60,187 nt of DNA from an uncultured bacterium (GTDB lineage Bacteria > RBG-13-61-14 > DATKZS01). Shown here one piece after another: positions 24,884 to 34,177 of this stretch. A program made the translations under genes and the position numbers. The notes beneath the pieces are model-generated. The model was not told the DNA's origin. It searched no databases and saw only the letters and a program-made list of their open reading frames with translations. The DNA lies in NCBI GenBank assembly GCA_964420375.1, contig CAYQTK010000001.1:1-60187 (forward strand), read 5' to 3'. The first letter of the stretch is position 1. Every line of letters starts with the position of its first letter.

Positions 24884-26530
24884 ATGCCGAAAGAAGAGCT
24901 TGATTCCCGTGACCTGGTTCGGGGAGACATCTCCGATATAGCTCTGGTAGAGCTTCTGGGCAACGCCTATGCCAGAGGGTTCACCGGCAAGCTGGAGCTG
25001 GTCAACGGTTCGAGGAGAAAGCAGATATTTTTCCTCCATGGACTGCCCATCTTTGTAAGCTCGGAGGGCGGCGAGGGCCTTATTGAAGTTGCCCGCCAGG
25101 TCAAGGGTCTCTCCGCGGAAGACACCATGCAGCTTGTGACCATGCAAAAAGAGAAGGGACTTTCCGACGAACAAGTATTACACCTGGTGGGTCTTTTCGA
25201 CGACGCGGGACTTTACGCCCTTCAGATTGAACACTTCATGCAGCTTTTCCTGGAAGCCTGCGGCTGGCGGGAGGGACGCTATCGTTTCGTGGGCGGCGAT
25301 GACGTGGTCTCTGAGGTGGCCTTGTTCGACCTGAATCCCCTGGAGATGATCTACCAGGGCATCAAGACCTTCCACTCCCTGGACCTGGGCGCCCGGCTGG
25401 AAGCTGTCCAGTCCCAAAAGGCGCGCTTGAACCACGGCTGGGAGAAGAACTTCTCCCTGCCGCGCGCCTACTTCCACCATTCCCACCTCCTGGACATGTT
25501 CGAGCCCGGCATGCGGGTAAGCGACGGCATCGGCCGGCTGTTCGGCGAGCTTCAGGACATAAGCGAGTCCATGCTGTTTATATACATGCTCCTTGTTACC
25601 GGTGTCCTGGAGCTTGCGGAAGAGGCCGAGCCAGAAGAAGCCCCGGTCTTTCCGGAAATCGAGATACTCTCTGACGAGGATGTTGTTGAGCCCGGGTCCG
25701 CTGGCAAGGAGGTTGTACCCCAGGCTTCGGTTGAAGGCGTATCCGGGGAGGCGGGACCTTTCCGACACGAAGACCGGGAGGACGAGGACTCCCGTTTACT
25801 TCGGCAGATATGGTCCCGTTACCTCGAGGTCTCCCGCCGGCTGGACAGCTCCGCTGATTACTTCGAGTGGCTGGGGCTTAACATGGACAGCGATTTTGAC
25901 GCTATCCGCCAGGCCTTTTCCCGCATCAGGGACTCCATATCTCTTGCAGGTACGCCACTGTCGGTGCAGAAAGAGCTCGCTCCCTATCAGAAGAACTTAA
26001 AGGAGGAGTTGGACCGGGCATATCAAGCGATCACCGATCCTGACAAGCGTCTCGAGTACGAAATCCCGATCTATAACCGGATGCTTCGCGATTGCGCAGA
26101 CTCGGGAGCCAGGGAGGAGCTTGCCGCCCGGCAATGGCAGCGGGGAATGTGGTACTTGAACTCTGCCAACCGGCCTGACCTGGCGCGTTACTGTTTCCAG
26201 AAGGCGGAAGAGCTTGACAGGCAAAAGCCCCATTACCCGGCTTACATGGGATGGGCCATATATCTGAACAGCAAGAACGAAAGGGACCGCCAGGAGAGCC
26301 GCAACTACCTGGAGCGCGCCATTGCTCTCGACCCCTGCTACGACCAGGCCAACTACTTTTTGGGAGTCATCCACAAGCGCGAAGGAGGCCAGGAAAAAGC
26401 GCTCGAGTATTTCCAAAAGGCAATCGAATCAAACCCGGAAAACACCCAGGCCGAACGCGAGCTTCATCTCATCCGCTCTCAGGCCAGGCAGAGCGGCCTT
26501 TTTAAAAGACTCTTCGGAAAACCCGCCTGA
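24884..26530 (+). CDS. DUF4388 (PatA-like) domain protein with J-like domain lacking HPD and C-terminal TPR repeats
   Basis: N-terminus GDISDIALVELLGNAYARGFTGKLELV...IFFLHGLPIF (DUF4388). Middle DYFEWLGLNMDSDFDAIRQAF...AYQAITDPDKRLEYE (J-like, no HPD). C-terminal TPR-like YFQKAIESNPENTQA. GGGAGG RBS. Confidence 0.8.
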   Translation: MPKEELDSRDLVRGDISDIALVELLGNAYARGFTGKLELVNGSRRKQIFFLHGLPIFVSSEGGEGLIEVARQVKGLSAEDTMQLVTMQKEKGLSDEQVLHLVGLFDDAGLYALQIEHFMQLFLEACGWREGRYRFVGGDDVVSEVALFDLNPLEMIYQGIKTFHSLDLGARLEAVQSQKARLNHGWEKNFSLPRAYFHHSHLLDMFEPGMRVSDGIGRLFGELQDISESMLFIYMLLVTGVLELAEEAEPEEAPVFPEIEILSDEDVVEPGSAGKEVVPQASVEGVSGEAGPFRHEDREDEDSRLLRQIWSRYLEVSRRLDSSADYFEWLGLNMDSDFDAIRQAFSRIRDSISLAGTPLSVQKELAPYQKNLKEELDRAYQAITDPDKRLEYEIPIYNRMLRDCADSGAREELAARQWQRGMWYLNSANRPDLARYCFQKAEELDRQKPHYPAYMGWAIYLNSKNERDRQESRNYLERAIALDPCYDQANYFLGVIHKREGGQEKALEYFQKAIESNPENTQAERELHLIRSQARQSGLFKRLFGKPA

Positions 26531-26670
26531 TCTGCCGTTCACTGATCTGCGGCCCAGCCCGCTCTTTTAGCTTTAAGGGACCTCTCTGATACAATGAAGT
26601 GGCGGCCGCCAGTGCGGCGAGTTTACATGGATATGGAAGATGACGGTGTGTTGGCCGGAGGAAGGATAAA

Positions 26671-27270
26671 GTGAAGATTGTAGGCCTTACCGGCGGCATA
26701 GGTTCGGGCAAGTCGTCGGTTGCCGGGATGCTGGTCGAGCGGGGCGCGCGTCTTATAGATGCGGATTTTCTGGCCCGCGAGGTTGTCAAGCCGGGCAGGC
26801 GGGCATGGCATGATATAATCGCGGAGTTCGGCGACGAGGTCAAAGCACCGGACGGCTCCATTGACCGGGAGAGGCTGGGCGCCATTGTATTTAATGACGA
26901 GGCTAAACGCATGCGCTTGAACCAGCTTACCCACCCCCGCATCGGGGAGGAGATAGTCCGGCTGTTGAACAGGTACCGGGAAAAAGGAGCGCCGGTCGCG
27001 GTGATCGATGCCGCCCTGCTTCTGGAAAGCCCGGCCACCAGGTGGATCAAGCCGGTGATCGTGGTCACCGCACCTGACGAGCAGAAAGCGGAGCGGGTCG
27101 CCCGCCGGGACAACCTCGGCCGCGACGAGGTCCTCTCCCGTATCAAGGCGCAATGGTCCGATGAAGAGCGGGCAGCGCTTGCCGACTTCGTGATCGACAA
27201 CTCGAAAGACCTCGCTTTCCTCGAGTCCCAGGTGGACGAGGTATGGAGGAAGATCAGCGAGGACCCCTGA
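26671..27270 (+). CDS. coaE: Dephospho-CoA kinase
   Basis: VGLTGGIGSGKSSV P-loop and typical length (199 aa). GTG start with GGAGGAAGG upstream. Confidence 0.93.
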   Translation: MKIVGLTGGIGSGKSSVAGMLVERGARLIDADFLAREVVKPGRRAWHDIIAEFGDEVKAPDGSIDRERLGAIVFNDEAKRMRLNQLTHPRIGEEIVRLLNRYREKGAPVAVIDAALLLESPATRWIKPVIVVTAPDEQKAERVARRDNLGRDEVLSRIKAQWSDEERAALADFVIDNSKDLAFLESQVDEVWRKISEDP

Positions 27271-27291
27271 ATAAGGAGAGACGGTTTCAGG

Positions 27292-28512
27292 ATGAAGATA
27301 CTGGTCATTAACACGGGCAGTTCTTCCATTAAGTACCAGCTTTTTGACATGGACGGATCGGTAGTGGAGGCCCGCGGCATTGTCGAGCGGATCGGGGAGT
27401 CGGGAAGCAGCCAAAGCCATGAACTGTCTCCTTGCGGCGGCACTGCAGAGAGCCTTTGCAAGGAGAACGACATCACCGACCACGCCCAAGGCATGTCGCA
27501 TATTGCCGACGTGCTCACCCATCCCGGGAAAGGACCCATACGGGACCGTCACGAGCTGGGCGCAGTGGGCCATCGCGTGGTCCACGGGGGGGAGAGCTTT
27601 CTGGCGCCCGCGCTTATAAACGACGAAGTAATCGAGGCCATCCGCGATAATATTCCGCTGGCCCCCCTTCATAATCCCGCCAACCTGACCGGCATCGAGG
27701 TCGCCCGGAAGCTTTTCGCAGGCGTTCCCCAGGTGGCCGTGTTCGATACCGACTTCCACCATACCATGCCGCCTTACGCCTATCATTACGGCATCCCTTA
27801 CGGCTATTATAAAAAATACAAGCTCAGGAAGTACGGGTTTCACGGGACATCGCACCGGTTCGTGGCCCGAGAAGCAGCCGGGTGGATGGGAAAGCCCTTC
27901 CACACGTTGAACCTGGTGACCCTGCACCTGGGAAACGGCTCGTCAGTGGCAGCCATCAGGCAAGGCAAGAGCGTGGACACCTCCATGGGACTGACGCCAC
28001 TCGAAGGACTGGTCATGGGTACCCGCTCGGGGGACCTCGATCCCTCAATATACTTCTACCTCTCCGAGTACTGCGACATGAGCGTGCCCGAGATCGACAC
28101 CATGATGAACAAGGAGAGCGGGCTCAAGGGTTTTACGGGGACCAATGACGTAAGGGAAATACTTGCCCGCAGCAACAGGGGAGACCACATGGCCCGGCTT
28201 GCCCTCCAGGTGTTCTGCTACCGCATCCGCAAGTATATCGGGGCATATTACGCGGTCCTCGGCAGGGTCGACGCCATTGTCTTCACCGCGGGCGTGGGAG
28301 AGAACAACCCTTCCATCAGGGAAGAAGCGCTCTCCGGTCTCGAGAACCTGGGAATAGAAGTAGACCCTATAAAAAACCAGGAAAAATGTAACGGAAAGCC
28401 TCTGCGGATATGCTCGGACCAGAGCAAAGTGAAGCTCCTGGTAATACCGACAAATGAAGAGCTGGAGATAGCCAACCAGACCATGGAAACGGTAAGAAAA
28501 CGGCAAGCTTAG
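27292..28512 (+). CDS. ackA: Acetate kinase
   Basis: MKILVINTGSSSIKYQLF N-terminus, HRVVHGG, GFHGTSH and the NEELEIA C-terminal motif. Confidence 0.96.
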   Translation: MKILVINTGSSSIKYQLFDMDGSVVEARGIVERIGESGSSQSHELSPCGGTAESLCKENDITDHAQGMSHIADVLTHPGKGPIRDRHELGAVGHRVVHGGESFLAPALINDEVIEAIRDNIPLAPLHNPANLTGIEVARKLFAGVPQVAVFDTDFHHTMPPYAYHYGIPYGYYKKYKLRKYGFHGTSHRFVAREAAGWMGKPFHTLNLVTLHLGNGSSVAAIRQGKSVDTSMGLTPLEGLVMGTRSGDLDPSIYFYLSEYCDMSVPEIDTMMNKESGLKGFTGTNDVREILARSNRGDHMARLALQVFCYRIRKYIGAYYAVLGRVDAIVFTAGVGENNPSIREEALSGLENLGIEVDPIKNQEKCNGKPLRICSDQSKVKLLVIPTNEELEIANQTMETVRKRQA

Positions 28513-28545
28513 TTTATCGCCAGCAGCTTTTCCTTCCTGAAAGCC

Positions 28546-28573
28546 TTGACACCGAAGCGGAGGTGCATATAAT
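28546..28573 (+). promoter_or_regulatory. Near-consensus sigma-70 promoter (TTGACA-16 nt-TATAAT)
   Basis: TTGACA at 28546-28551 and TATAAT at 28568-28573. It sits in an AT-rich gap about 75 nt upstream of the ATG at 28648. Confidence 0.55.
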
Positions 28574-28647
28574 AACTATGTAAAATCAATAATTTACCTG
28601 ACAGCCGAGTATAGTTTTCAAAAGCAGGAAAAAAAGGGGAGGCTTTT

Positions 28648-29073
28648 ATGGACAACGAAGAGAGCTTCAGTTTCAGCGAATCTACTACGGAGACTTTAAA
28701 GAGCTTCATCTTGGCGGTGGTGCACGACTTTGTAAAAGAGGATGACAGGCCCGACCTGGACCACATCATAAACGAGCTTAATGTTTACTTCGGCCGGATG
28801 CCTTCACTCTACCGTTCGGGCATCATCTGGCTTTTGCGGGCATTGGAGGCATCTCCTCTGGTGATGGGCTATCGCCGTCAGTTTTCCAGCCTTTCCCGCG
28901 AGGACCAGGTCAAGGTTCTTACCGGCTTCGAAAGCAGCGGCAACTACATACAGCGGGCCAGCAGCCTTATGCTGAAGACGTCGGTGCTCATTGTCTACCT
29001 TTCCGAGCCGTCCGTTGAGCGGGCTTTGGGGTATGACGAGAATTGCCTCCTCTCCAGGGAAGAGGCGGGATGA
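28648..29073 (+). CDS. Hypothetical 141-aa protein, possible accessory subunit of the downstream GMC oxidoreductase
   Basis: GGGGAGG RBS and a consensus promoter upstream. It is followed 35 nt later by the GMC gene. I recognised no diagnostic motif. Confidence 0.55.
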   Translation: MDNEESFSFSESTTETLKSFILAVVHDFVKEDDRPDLDHIINELNVYFGRMPSLYRSGIIWLLRALEASPLVMGYRRQFSSLSREDQVKVLTGFESSGNYIQRASSLMLKTSVLIVYLSEPSVERALGYDENCLLSREEAG

Positions 29074-29108
29074 TCATTTCGTGCACGCATGGCGCAGGGA
29101 GGACGTGA

Positions 29109-30623
29109 ATGATAGTTTCTGGCAAGGACGTTCATGCCACGGTCCGGGAGGACGTGGACGTCTGTATAATCGGCAGCGGCGCGGGCGGCGCCCTGGTGGC
29201 CCTGGAACTCGCCCGCAAGGGGCTCTCGGTGGTGGTGCTGGAAGAAGGCGGGGCCTACTTCCGCCAGGACTTCACCGGCCGGGTAAAGGACGCCATGAAC
29301 AAGATGTACCGCAACCAGGGCGCGGACCTGACCACGGGCTGGCCCGCGGTCATGGTGCCCTCGGGCAGTTGCCTGGGCGGCACCACGGTAGTCAACATGG
29401 GCACCAGCTTCCGCGCGCCCGACGAGGTCCTGCAAAGCTGGGAAGACCAGGGCCTTGAAGGCTTCGGTCCTGCGGGCATGGCGCCTTACTATGACCGGGT
29501 GGAAGAGGAGATGAGCATCCAGGAGGTCAAGCCGGAGGTCATGGGCCGAGGCGGCGAGATCATCGCGGAGGGCGCGAAGAAGCTGGGTCTTCATCCCCAG
29601 CCCGTCCGGCGCAACGTGTCCGACGCCTGCCGCGGCTGCGGCAACTGTTCCTACGGCTGCACGGAAGACGCCAAGCAGTCCATGGTGGTCAAGGTCATTC
29701 CCGAGGCCGACTCGCTGGGGGCCAGGTTTTATTGCGACACCAGGGCGACCATGCTGGTACACGACAAGGAAAAAGTCTGCGGCGTCCACGGCAAGGTGCT
29801 TGACCGGGAGACCGGCGACTTCCGCCACAACGTCGACATCTCCGCCCGGGTGGTGGTCCTTTCCGGAGGGGCACTCAACACGCCCGCCTTTCTGCTTTAC
29901 AACGGCATCTGTAACCGTAGCGGCCAGGTCGGCAAGAACCTGAAGCTCCACCTTTGCGGCCGGACCACCGGGGTCTTCGACGAGGTCATAGACTCGCATC
30001 ACGGGGTATGCCAGAACCTCTACATTGACGATTACCTCGACCAGGGCATCATGTTGGAGGCCACCTTTACCAGCCCGGCCTCCCAGTTGGTCGGTATAAT
30101 CGGCAACGGCCGGGAGTTCTGGGAGCAGGTCCGGCAGTACCGGCACATGGCGAGCCTGGGGATAATGATAAGCGAGAAAGGCACCGGCAAGGTAAAGGCC
30201 GACTCCAATGGCCAGGCAGAGGTACATTTCAGCGTGGAACAGGAAGACGCGGACACTCTGCACGAGGCCATGATTGTAGCCAACCGTATCCTCTTTATGG
30301 CGGGGGCCAAAAAGGTCATCAACGCCAACTTCGCGGTGCCCGAAGTAAACTCGATGACCGAGCTCGACAAGCTGGCACGCGAGAAGGCCAAGCCTTCCGA
30401 CTTCATGATTATGGCCTTTCACCCGCAGGGGACCTGCCGAATGGGGACCAAGCCGAAAAAGAGCGTGGTCGGCCCCACCGGCGAGTGTCACGATTTGAAG
30501 AACTTTTACCTCGCGGACGCGAGCATTTTCCCGACCTCGCTGGGAGTGAACCCCCAGGAGACCATCTGGGCCATGTCCCTCAAAGTGGCTGAAGCACTGG
30601 CAAGGGACGCGTTCCAGAAATGA
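29109..30623 (+). CDS. GMC-family FAD-dependent oxidoreductase
   Basis: DVCIIGSGAGGALVALELARKG dinucleotide-binding motif and a C-terminal HPQGTCRMG...DASIFPTS GMC signature. Confidence 0.88.
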   Translation: MIVSGKDVHATVREDVDVCIIGSGAGGALVALELARKGLSVVVLEEGGAYFRQDFTGRVKDAMNKMYRNQGADLTTGWPAVMVPSGSCLGGTTVVNMGTSFRAPDEVLQSWEDQGLEGFGPAGMAPYYDRVEEEMSIQEVKPEVMGRGGEIIAEGAKKLGLHPQPVRRNVSDACRGCGNCSYGCTEDAKQSMVVKVIPEADSLGARFYCDTRATMLVHDKEKVCGVHGKVLDRETGDFRHNVDISARVVVLSGGALNTPAFLLYNGICNRSGQVGKNLKLHLCGRTTGVFDEVIDSHHGVCQNLYIDDYLDQGIMLEATFTSPASQLVGIIGNGREFWEQVRQYRHMASLGIMISEKGTGKVKADSNGQAEVHFSVEQEDADTLHEAMIVANRILFMAGAKKVINANFAVPEVNSMTELDKLAREKAKPSDFMIMAFHPQGTCRMGTKPKKSVVGPTGECHDLKNFYLADASIFPTSLGVNPQETIWAMSLKVAEALARDAFQK

Positions 30624-32206
30624 GCGGGGAAGTACGACAAACCGGCAGTATAACCGGGCCGTCCGGTGAGAATGCCGATAAAGACAACCCGGCCGGCGAA
30701 CTTGATGGAGAACAGAAAAAGCACGTCCGCGTCTACCAGCTACTTGTCGGCATTGCGCTTTTGTGCGCAGTGATCTTGTATGTTCCCACTTTGGGCGGCG
30801 GCTTTCTCTGCGACGATTACTGGTACCTGGAACAGGCCCGGACCATCACATTTACCGAGCATCCCGGTGAGGCTCTCCGGAAAGGCAACTTCTATTACTT
30901 CCGGCCCGTTCCCTCTTTGGCGTGGAGCTCCATGTATCACCTGTTCTCCCTGCACGCCCCTCTCTACCGGGCCGTAAGCCTGCTGCTTCATATGCTGGTG
31001 GTCCTGGCGGTGGCCGGTCTGGCAAGGCGGGTTTTGAAAAGCCGGGCCGGAGGGGGGGCGGCAGCGCTTTTGTTCGCCCTGTGTCCGCTCCACCCGGAAG
31101 CAGTGGCCTGGGTCTCCGCTAATGCCGGGCTCATGGCCGCGCTGTTCGCCACCCTGGCGCTTTCCGGATACCTGGACTGGCGTGATGACAAGGCGCGGTC
31201 CCTGGCGCCCGTGCTTTTACTGGCGCTCGCAGCCATGCTAAGCAAGGAGTCTGCTTACGTGCTTCCCCTGCTGGCGCTTGCCACAGAGCTCTTGCCGGGT
31301 GCAAGCAGAACGCGGCGCAGGCGGCTGCAAGGGGTGGCCGCCTTGTTCGGAGTTGCCGCAATAGTGCTTGCGCTTAAGTTCATAAGCTGCGGAGGACAGC
31401 TTCGACCTCCCACAGGGGCGACCCCCCTGTCGTGGTGGCCCGGCAACATGGCAATGGCCCTGCTCCGGCTGCTGTTTCCCGCGGCCCGATCAGGAGCCGC
31501 ACCTTATGCCAACTACCTCTTTGTCGCTGCAGCAGCCCTGGGCCTGGTTTCCTTCTTCTTTAAAAAAGGAAGCTGGAAGCTTCCCCTTTTCGGGATCCTG
31601 TTCGCAGGGATCGCGCTTTTGCCTCCCACGTCGGTGGCCAGGCTGGGACCGCACCTCCAGTTCTCGAGAGTCATGTACCTGCCTTCCATCGGCTTCGCCA
31701 TGTTCCTGGCGTATTTGTTTCACACCGGCAGGGAGACACGAACACTCTTGCAAGGTCCGCGAGTGTGGACGGCGATGTCCGCAATCTGTCTGGCAGCCGC
31801 GTGTGCCGCATGGTTCGCGGGCTCGGCCATGAACATTAAGCCATGGGTGGAAGCGGGCAAAGCCTCCAAGGCGGTGGAACAGGCATTCCTGGACCAGGCG
31901 GGCGACTTCCGGGCCGGCCAGTCAGTGCTGGTCAAGAACCTTCCCCTTACATATAAGGGCGTGCCTTTCCACTCCAACTCTTATACCCTTTCCCTGGCTT
32001 TTTCCATGGCCCGCTTTCCCGAGAGGTGGAAAGAACGGGGCTACAAGGATAAAAACCAGCTTCCCGTATACGCCGTACTGGACGAAGCACCTGCAATCGA
32101 GGCCCGGATGACGCCCGTAAAGCGGCTCCGCGAGCTCAAGCGCTCCGACGACGGGGCCTTTGATTATCACCTGGTCTGGGAGACAGGAGCAGCAGCCGGT
32201 AATTAA
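30620..32206 (+). CDS. Polytopic membrane protein, GT-C / PMT_2 (ArnT-like glycosyltransferase family 39)-like
   Basis: About 11 predicted hydrophobic segments and an N-terminal FLCDDYWYL acidic loop motif of the type seen in GT-C enzymes. ATGA overlap with the GMC gene. Confidence 0.6.
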   Translation: MSGEVRQTGSITGPSGENADKDNPAGELDGEQKKHVRVYQLLVGIALLCAVILYVPTLGGGFLCDDYWYLEQARTITFTEHPGEALRKGNFYYFRPVPSLAWSSMYHLFSLHAPLYRAVSLLLHMLVVLAVAGLARRVLKSRAGGGAAALLFALCPLHPEAVAWVSANAGLMAALFATLALSGYLDWRDDKARSLAPVLLLALAAMLSKESAYVLPLLALATELLPGASRTRRRRLQGVAALFGVAAIVLALKFISCGGQLRPPTGATPLSWWPGNMAMALLRLLFPAARSGAAPYANYLFVAAAALGLVSFFFKKGSWKLPLFGILFAGIALLPPTSVARLGPHLQFSRVMYLPSIGFAMFLAYLFHTGRETRTLLQGPRVWTAMSAICLAAACAAWFAGSAMNIKPWVEAGKASKAVEQAFLDQAGDFRAGQSVLVKNLPLTYKGVPFHSNSYTLSLAFSMARFPERWKERGYKDKNQLPVYAVLDEAPAIEARMTPVKRLRELKRSDDGAFDYHLVWETGAAAGN

Positions 32207-32262
32207 TGTTGGCAAGAGCACTGGTGCGACTTCCCGGTTGTGTTAAAATAATCTCTAGTGGG

Positions 32263-32367
32263 TTGTCAAGGCCACACTGACGCATAATGTGCGAGCGACT
32301 GCTACCGCGAGTAAACTCGCTCGCACAAAAAATATCTATCTTGTAAGCGACGAAAAACGCTTGACAG
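32263..32367 (+). repeat. REP/REPIN-like family A element, full copy (about 105 nt)
   Basis: TTGTCAAG...TGACGCATAATGTGCGAGCGACTGCTACCGCGAGTAAACTCGCTCGCAC...CGCTTGACAG. A perfect 10-bp stem pairs GTGCGAGCGA (32289-32298) with TCGCTCGCAC (32317-32326). Collinear with 50167-50271. Confidence 0.8.
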
Positions 32368-32385
32368 AGCAGTAGGAGGGCCAAC

Positions 32386-32700
32386 ATGCCGGTTTACGAG
32401 TACGAACACGTGGGAAAAGCGTGCGGGTTGGGCAAGGTCTTCGAGAGGGAGCAGTCCATTAAAGAGGATGCCCTTGAGGTCTGTCCGGAGTGCGGCGGAC
32501 CGGTCAAGCGTCTTATCAGCGCGCCTTCTCTGTCCTTTCCCAAGGGCAACTCCGATTTAAAGGACATGGGCTTTACCAAGCTGGTCCGGCGGGACCATGG
32601 CGTTTACGAGAACGTGACCGCCAAGGACGGCGAAAGCAAGGTCACCGATCTCCGTGACCAGAGCACCTACCCCGACTTCAAGTCCAGGATAGGCGATTGA
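32386..32700 (+). CDS. FmdB-family zinc-ribbon protein (CxxC_CxxC_SSSS)
   Basis: MPVYEYEHV...C....FE..Q......CPECGG..KRLIS is the family signature. GGAGGG RBS. Confidence 0.85.
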   Translation: MPVYEYEHVGKACGLGKVFEREQSIKEDALEVCPECGGPVKRLISAPSLSFPKGNSDLKDMGFTKLVRRDHGVYENVTAKDGESKVTDLRDQSTYPDFKSRIGD

Positions 32701-32714
32701 AGAAACTTCGCTGA

Positions 32715-33299
32715 CTAATATTCCCTGTCCGCGCCTCGGTAGAGGGGCGAGAGCTTGGTCCACACCTTTTTCTCCAGCTTGCGGAGTCGGTTCGAGTTGT
32801 CGGCCAGTTTGTCGCGGAGTTCGGGATGGTTGTCCAGGTACTCGGACCTTTTCTCCAGCTCTTCAGTGCCCCGCCAGGACCGGTAATACGCACGCGGGGC
32901 GGTCCCGTACTTTTTAAACAGGGCATCCAGCTTTTCCCTTTTTTCCTTTTCATGTTTCGCAAGGTCTTCGCGGGCCGCGGGCGGGTTAGCTTTATGGAAC
33001 TCGAGTATTTTAAGCATGTGCTTATAGCTGGATATCAAAAGCTCCTGCCTCTCGAGGGCCAGTTGATAGTACTTTTCCGGAGGAAGAGGATCGTCTTTTA
33101 TTTGTTCCTGCTTCTCTTCGGTGCCTTTCGGGTCTTCGTGGTTTTCAGCCACCAACGAGGGGTGGCGTGGAGAATGACATTCATCTCCTCCCCATGCGCA
33201 GTGCAAGGGGGTGTCTTCCGTACTTGCGTATGCGGGGTGTAAGGTTATGGCCCACATCAGGACCCCCACCATCAGCATTACGGGTAACTCAGCTTTCAT
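32715..33299 (-). CDS. Hypothetical secreted helical protein (paralog of 33384..34076)
   Basis: Signal peptide MKAELPVMLMVGVLMWAITLHPAYA. It shares LPPEKYY, FKKYGTAP and EYLDNHPEL motifs with its neighbour. Confidence 0.65.
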   Translation of the reverse strand: MKAELPVMLMVGVLMWAITLHPAYASTEDTPLHCAWGGDECHSPRHPSLVAENHEDPKGTEEKQEQIKDDPLPPEKYYQLALERQELLISSYKHMLKILEFHKANPPAAREDLAKHEKEKREKLDALFKKYGTAPRAYYRSWRGTEELEKRSEYLDNHPELRDKLADNSNRLRKLEKKVWTKLSPLYRGADREY

Positions 33300-33383
33300 T
33301 ATTTACTCCTGAAAACTTTCTGTTAAGCCCCCCCAACTTACAAGGCGGATGTCACTCCATATGCATTCTGTCCCGGTGGCGTT

Positions 33384-34076
33384 TCAAGGCCTGGAGGGGT
33401 TTCCGCCTTCTTCTGAGCCGGGGGCACGTTTCACTTTCGGCAACTCCCTTGTTTTATTTCCTGCACGCCGTCGGTGCCGCGGTTCCCCCCGATACTCCCG
33501 AATTTCGCTCATTATCTCGTTTTTCTCCTGGGAGAGGTCTTTTAATTGTTCAAATACTTGGGGGTTGTCTTTCAGATAAGTTTGTCGTTCCCGCTTGATT
33601 TGTTTAGCATTATCTCCGTGGGGAAATCTTTGGGCAGGTTTGATCCCCCGTTGCTTCCAGATATCATTCATTGCTCTCATCTGTTCCGTGCTGATCTCTT
33701 TGAGCTTCTCTTTAAGCTCATCCGGTTTATCGGAAAGGTCTTTATAGGCTTCTAGTCGTTTTTTCAGAAATTCAATGACCGTCTCCTGCAACTTTGCCTG
33801 TACATTCCAGTACTCTTCCGGGGAGAGCTCTTTATCCGCCTCTTGCGGGGACCCTTTTGTGGGCTCGGCAGGACGTTCCGCCCGGGAAGAGGCGGTGCCG
33901 GAATCTTTACGATCAGTATCTGTGCTTACGGCGTCCGTTCTTTCCCTTTTGTCCGCGGTGCCGGTTTTCCCTTCCCCTTCTTTCTCTTCAGGCGTCTTGC
34001 AGGCGAACATCCACAGCGACATGGTTAAAACCAAAAAGCTTGCCAGTATCAATTTGCTCGAGCCATGTTTTCTCAT
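33384..34076 (-). CDS. Hypothetical lipoprotein (paralog of 32715..33299)
   Basis: Start ATG 34076 has AAGGAGGAG upstream. MRKHGSSKLILASFLVLTMSLWMFAC is a lipobox-like signal. It shares LSPEEYW, WKQRGIKP and TYLKDNPQV motifs with its neighbour. Confidence 0.65.
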   Translation of the reverse strand: MRKHGSSKLILASFLVLTMSLWMFACKTPEEKEGEGKTGTADKRERTDAVSTDTDRKDSGTASSRAERPAEPTKGSPQEADKELSPEEYWNVQAKLQETVIEFLKKRLEAYKDLSDKPDELKEKLKEISTEQMRAMNDIWKQRGIKPAQRFPHGDNAKQIKRERQTYLKDNPQVFEQLKDLSQEKNEIMSEIREYRGEPRHRRRAGNKTRELPKVKRAPGSEEGGNPSRP

Positions 34077-34177
34077 CCTGTCTCCTCCTTGAAACCCGTT
34101 CGGGTTGTGAGTGTTCGGAATCATTAACTCTTTTTCATGGAGTATAGCCATCTACAGGCGACCGGTCAAATACCTTG

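Noticed and set aside
32361-32366. TTGACA boxes at the ends of the family A elements (32361-32366, 50265-50270; CTTGACAA on the opposite strand at the left ends) as outward-facing -35 promoter elements
   Set aside because: At 32361 the box is only 19 nt from the ATG at 32386. There is no room for a -10 element and a leader, and no TATAAT-like hexamer follows at the correct spacing. They fit better as short terminal inverted repeats of the element.
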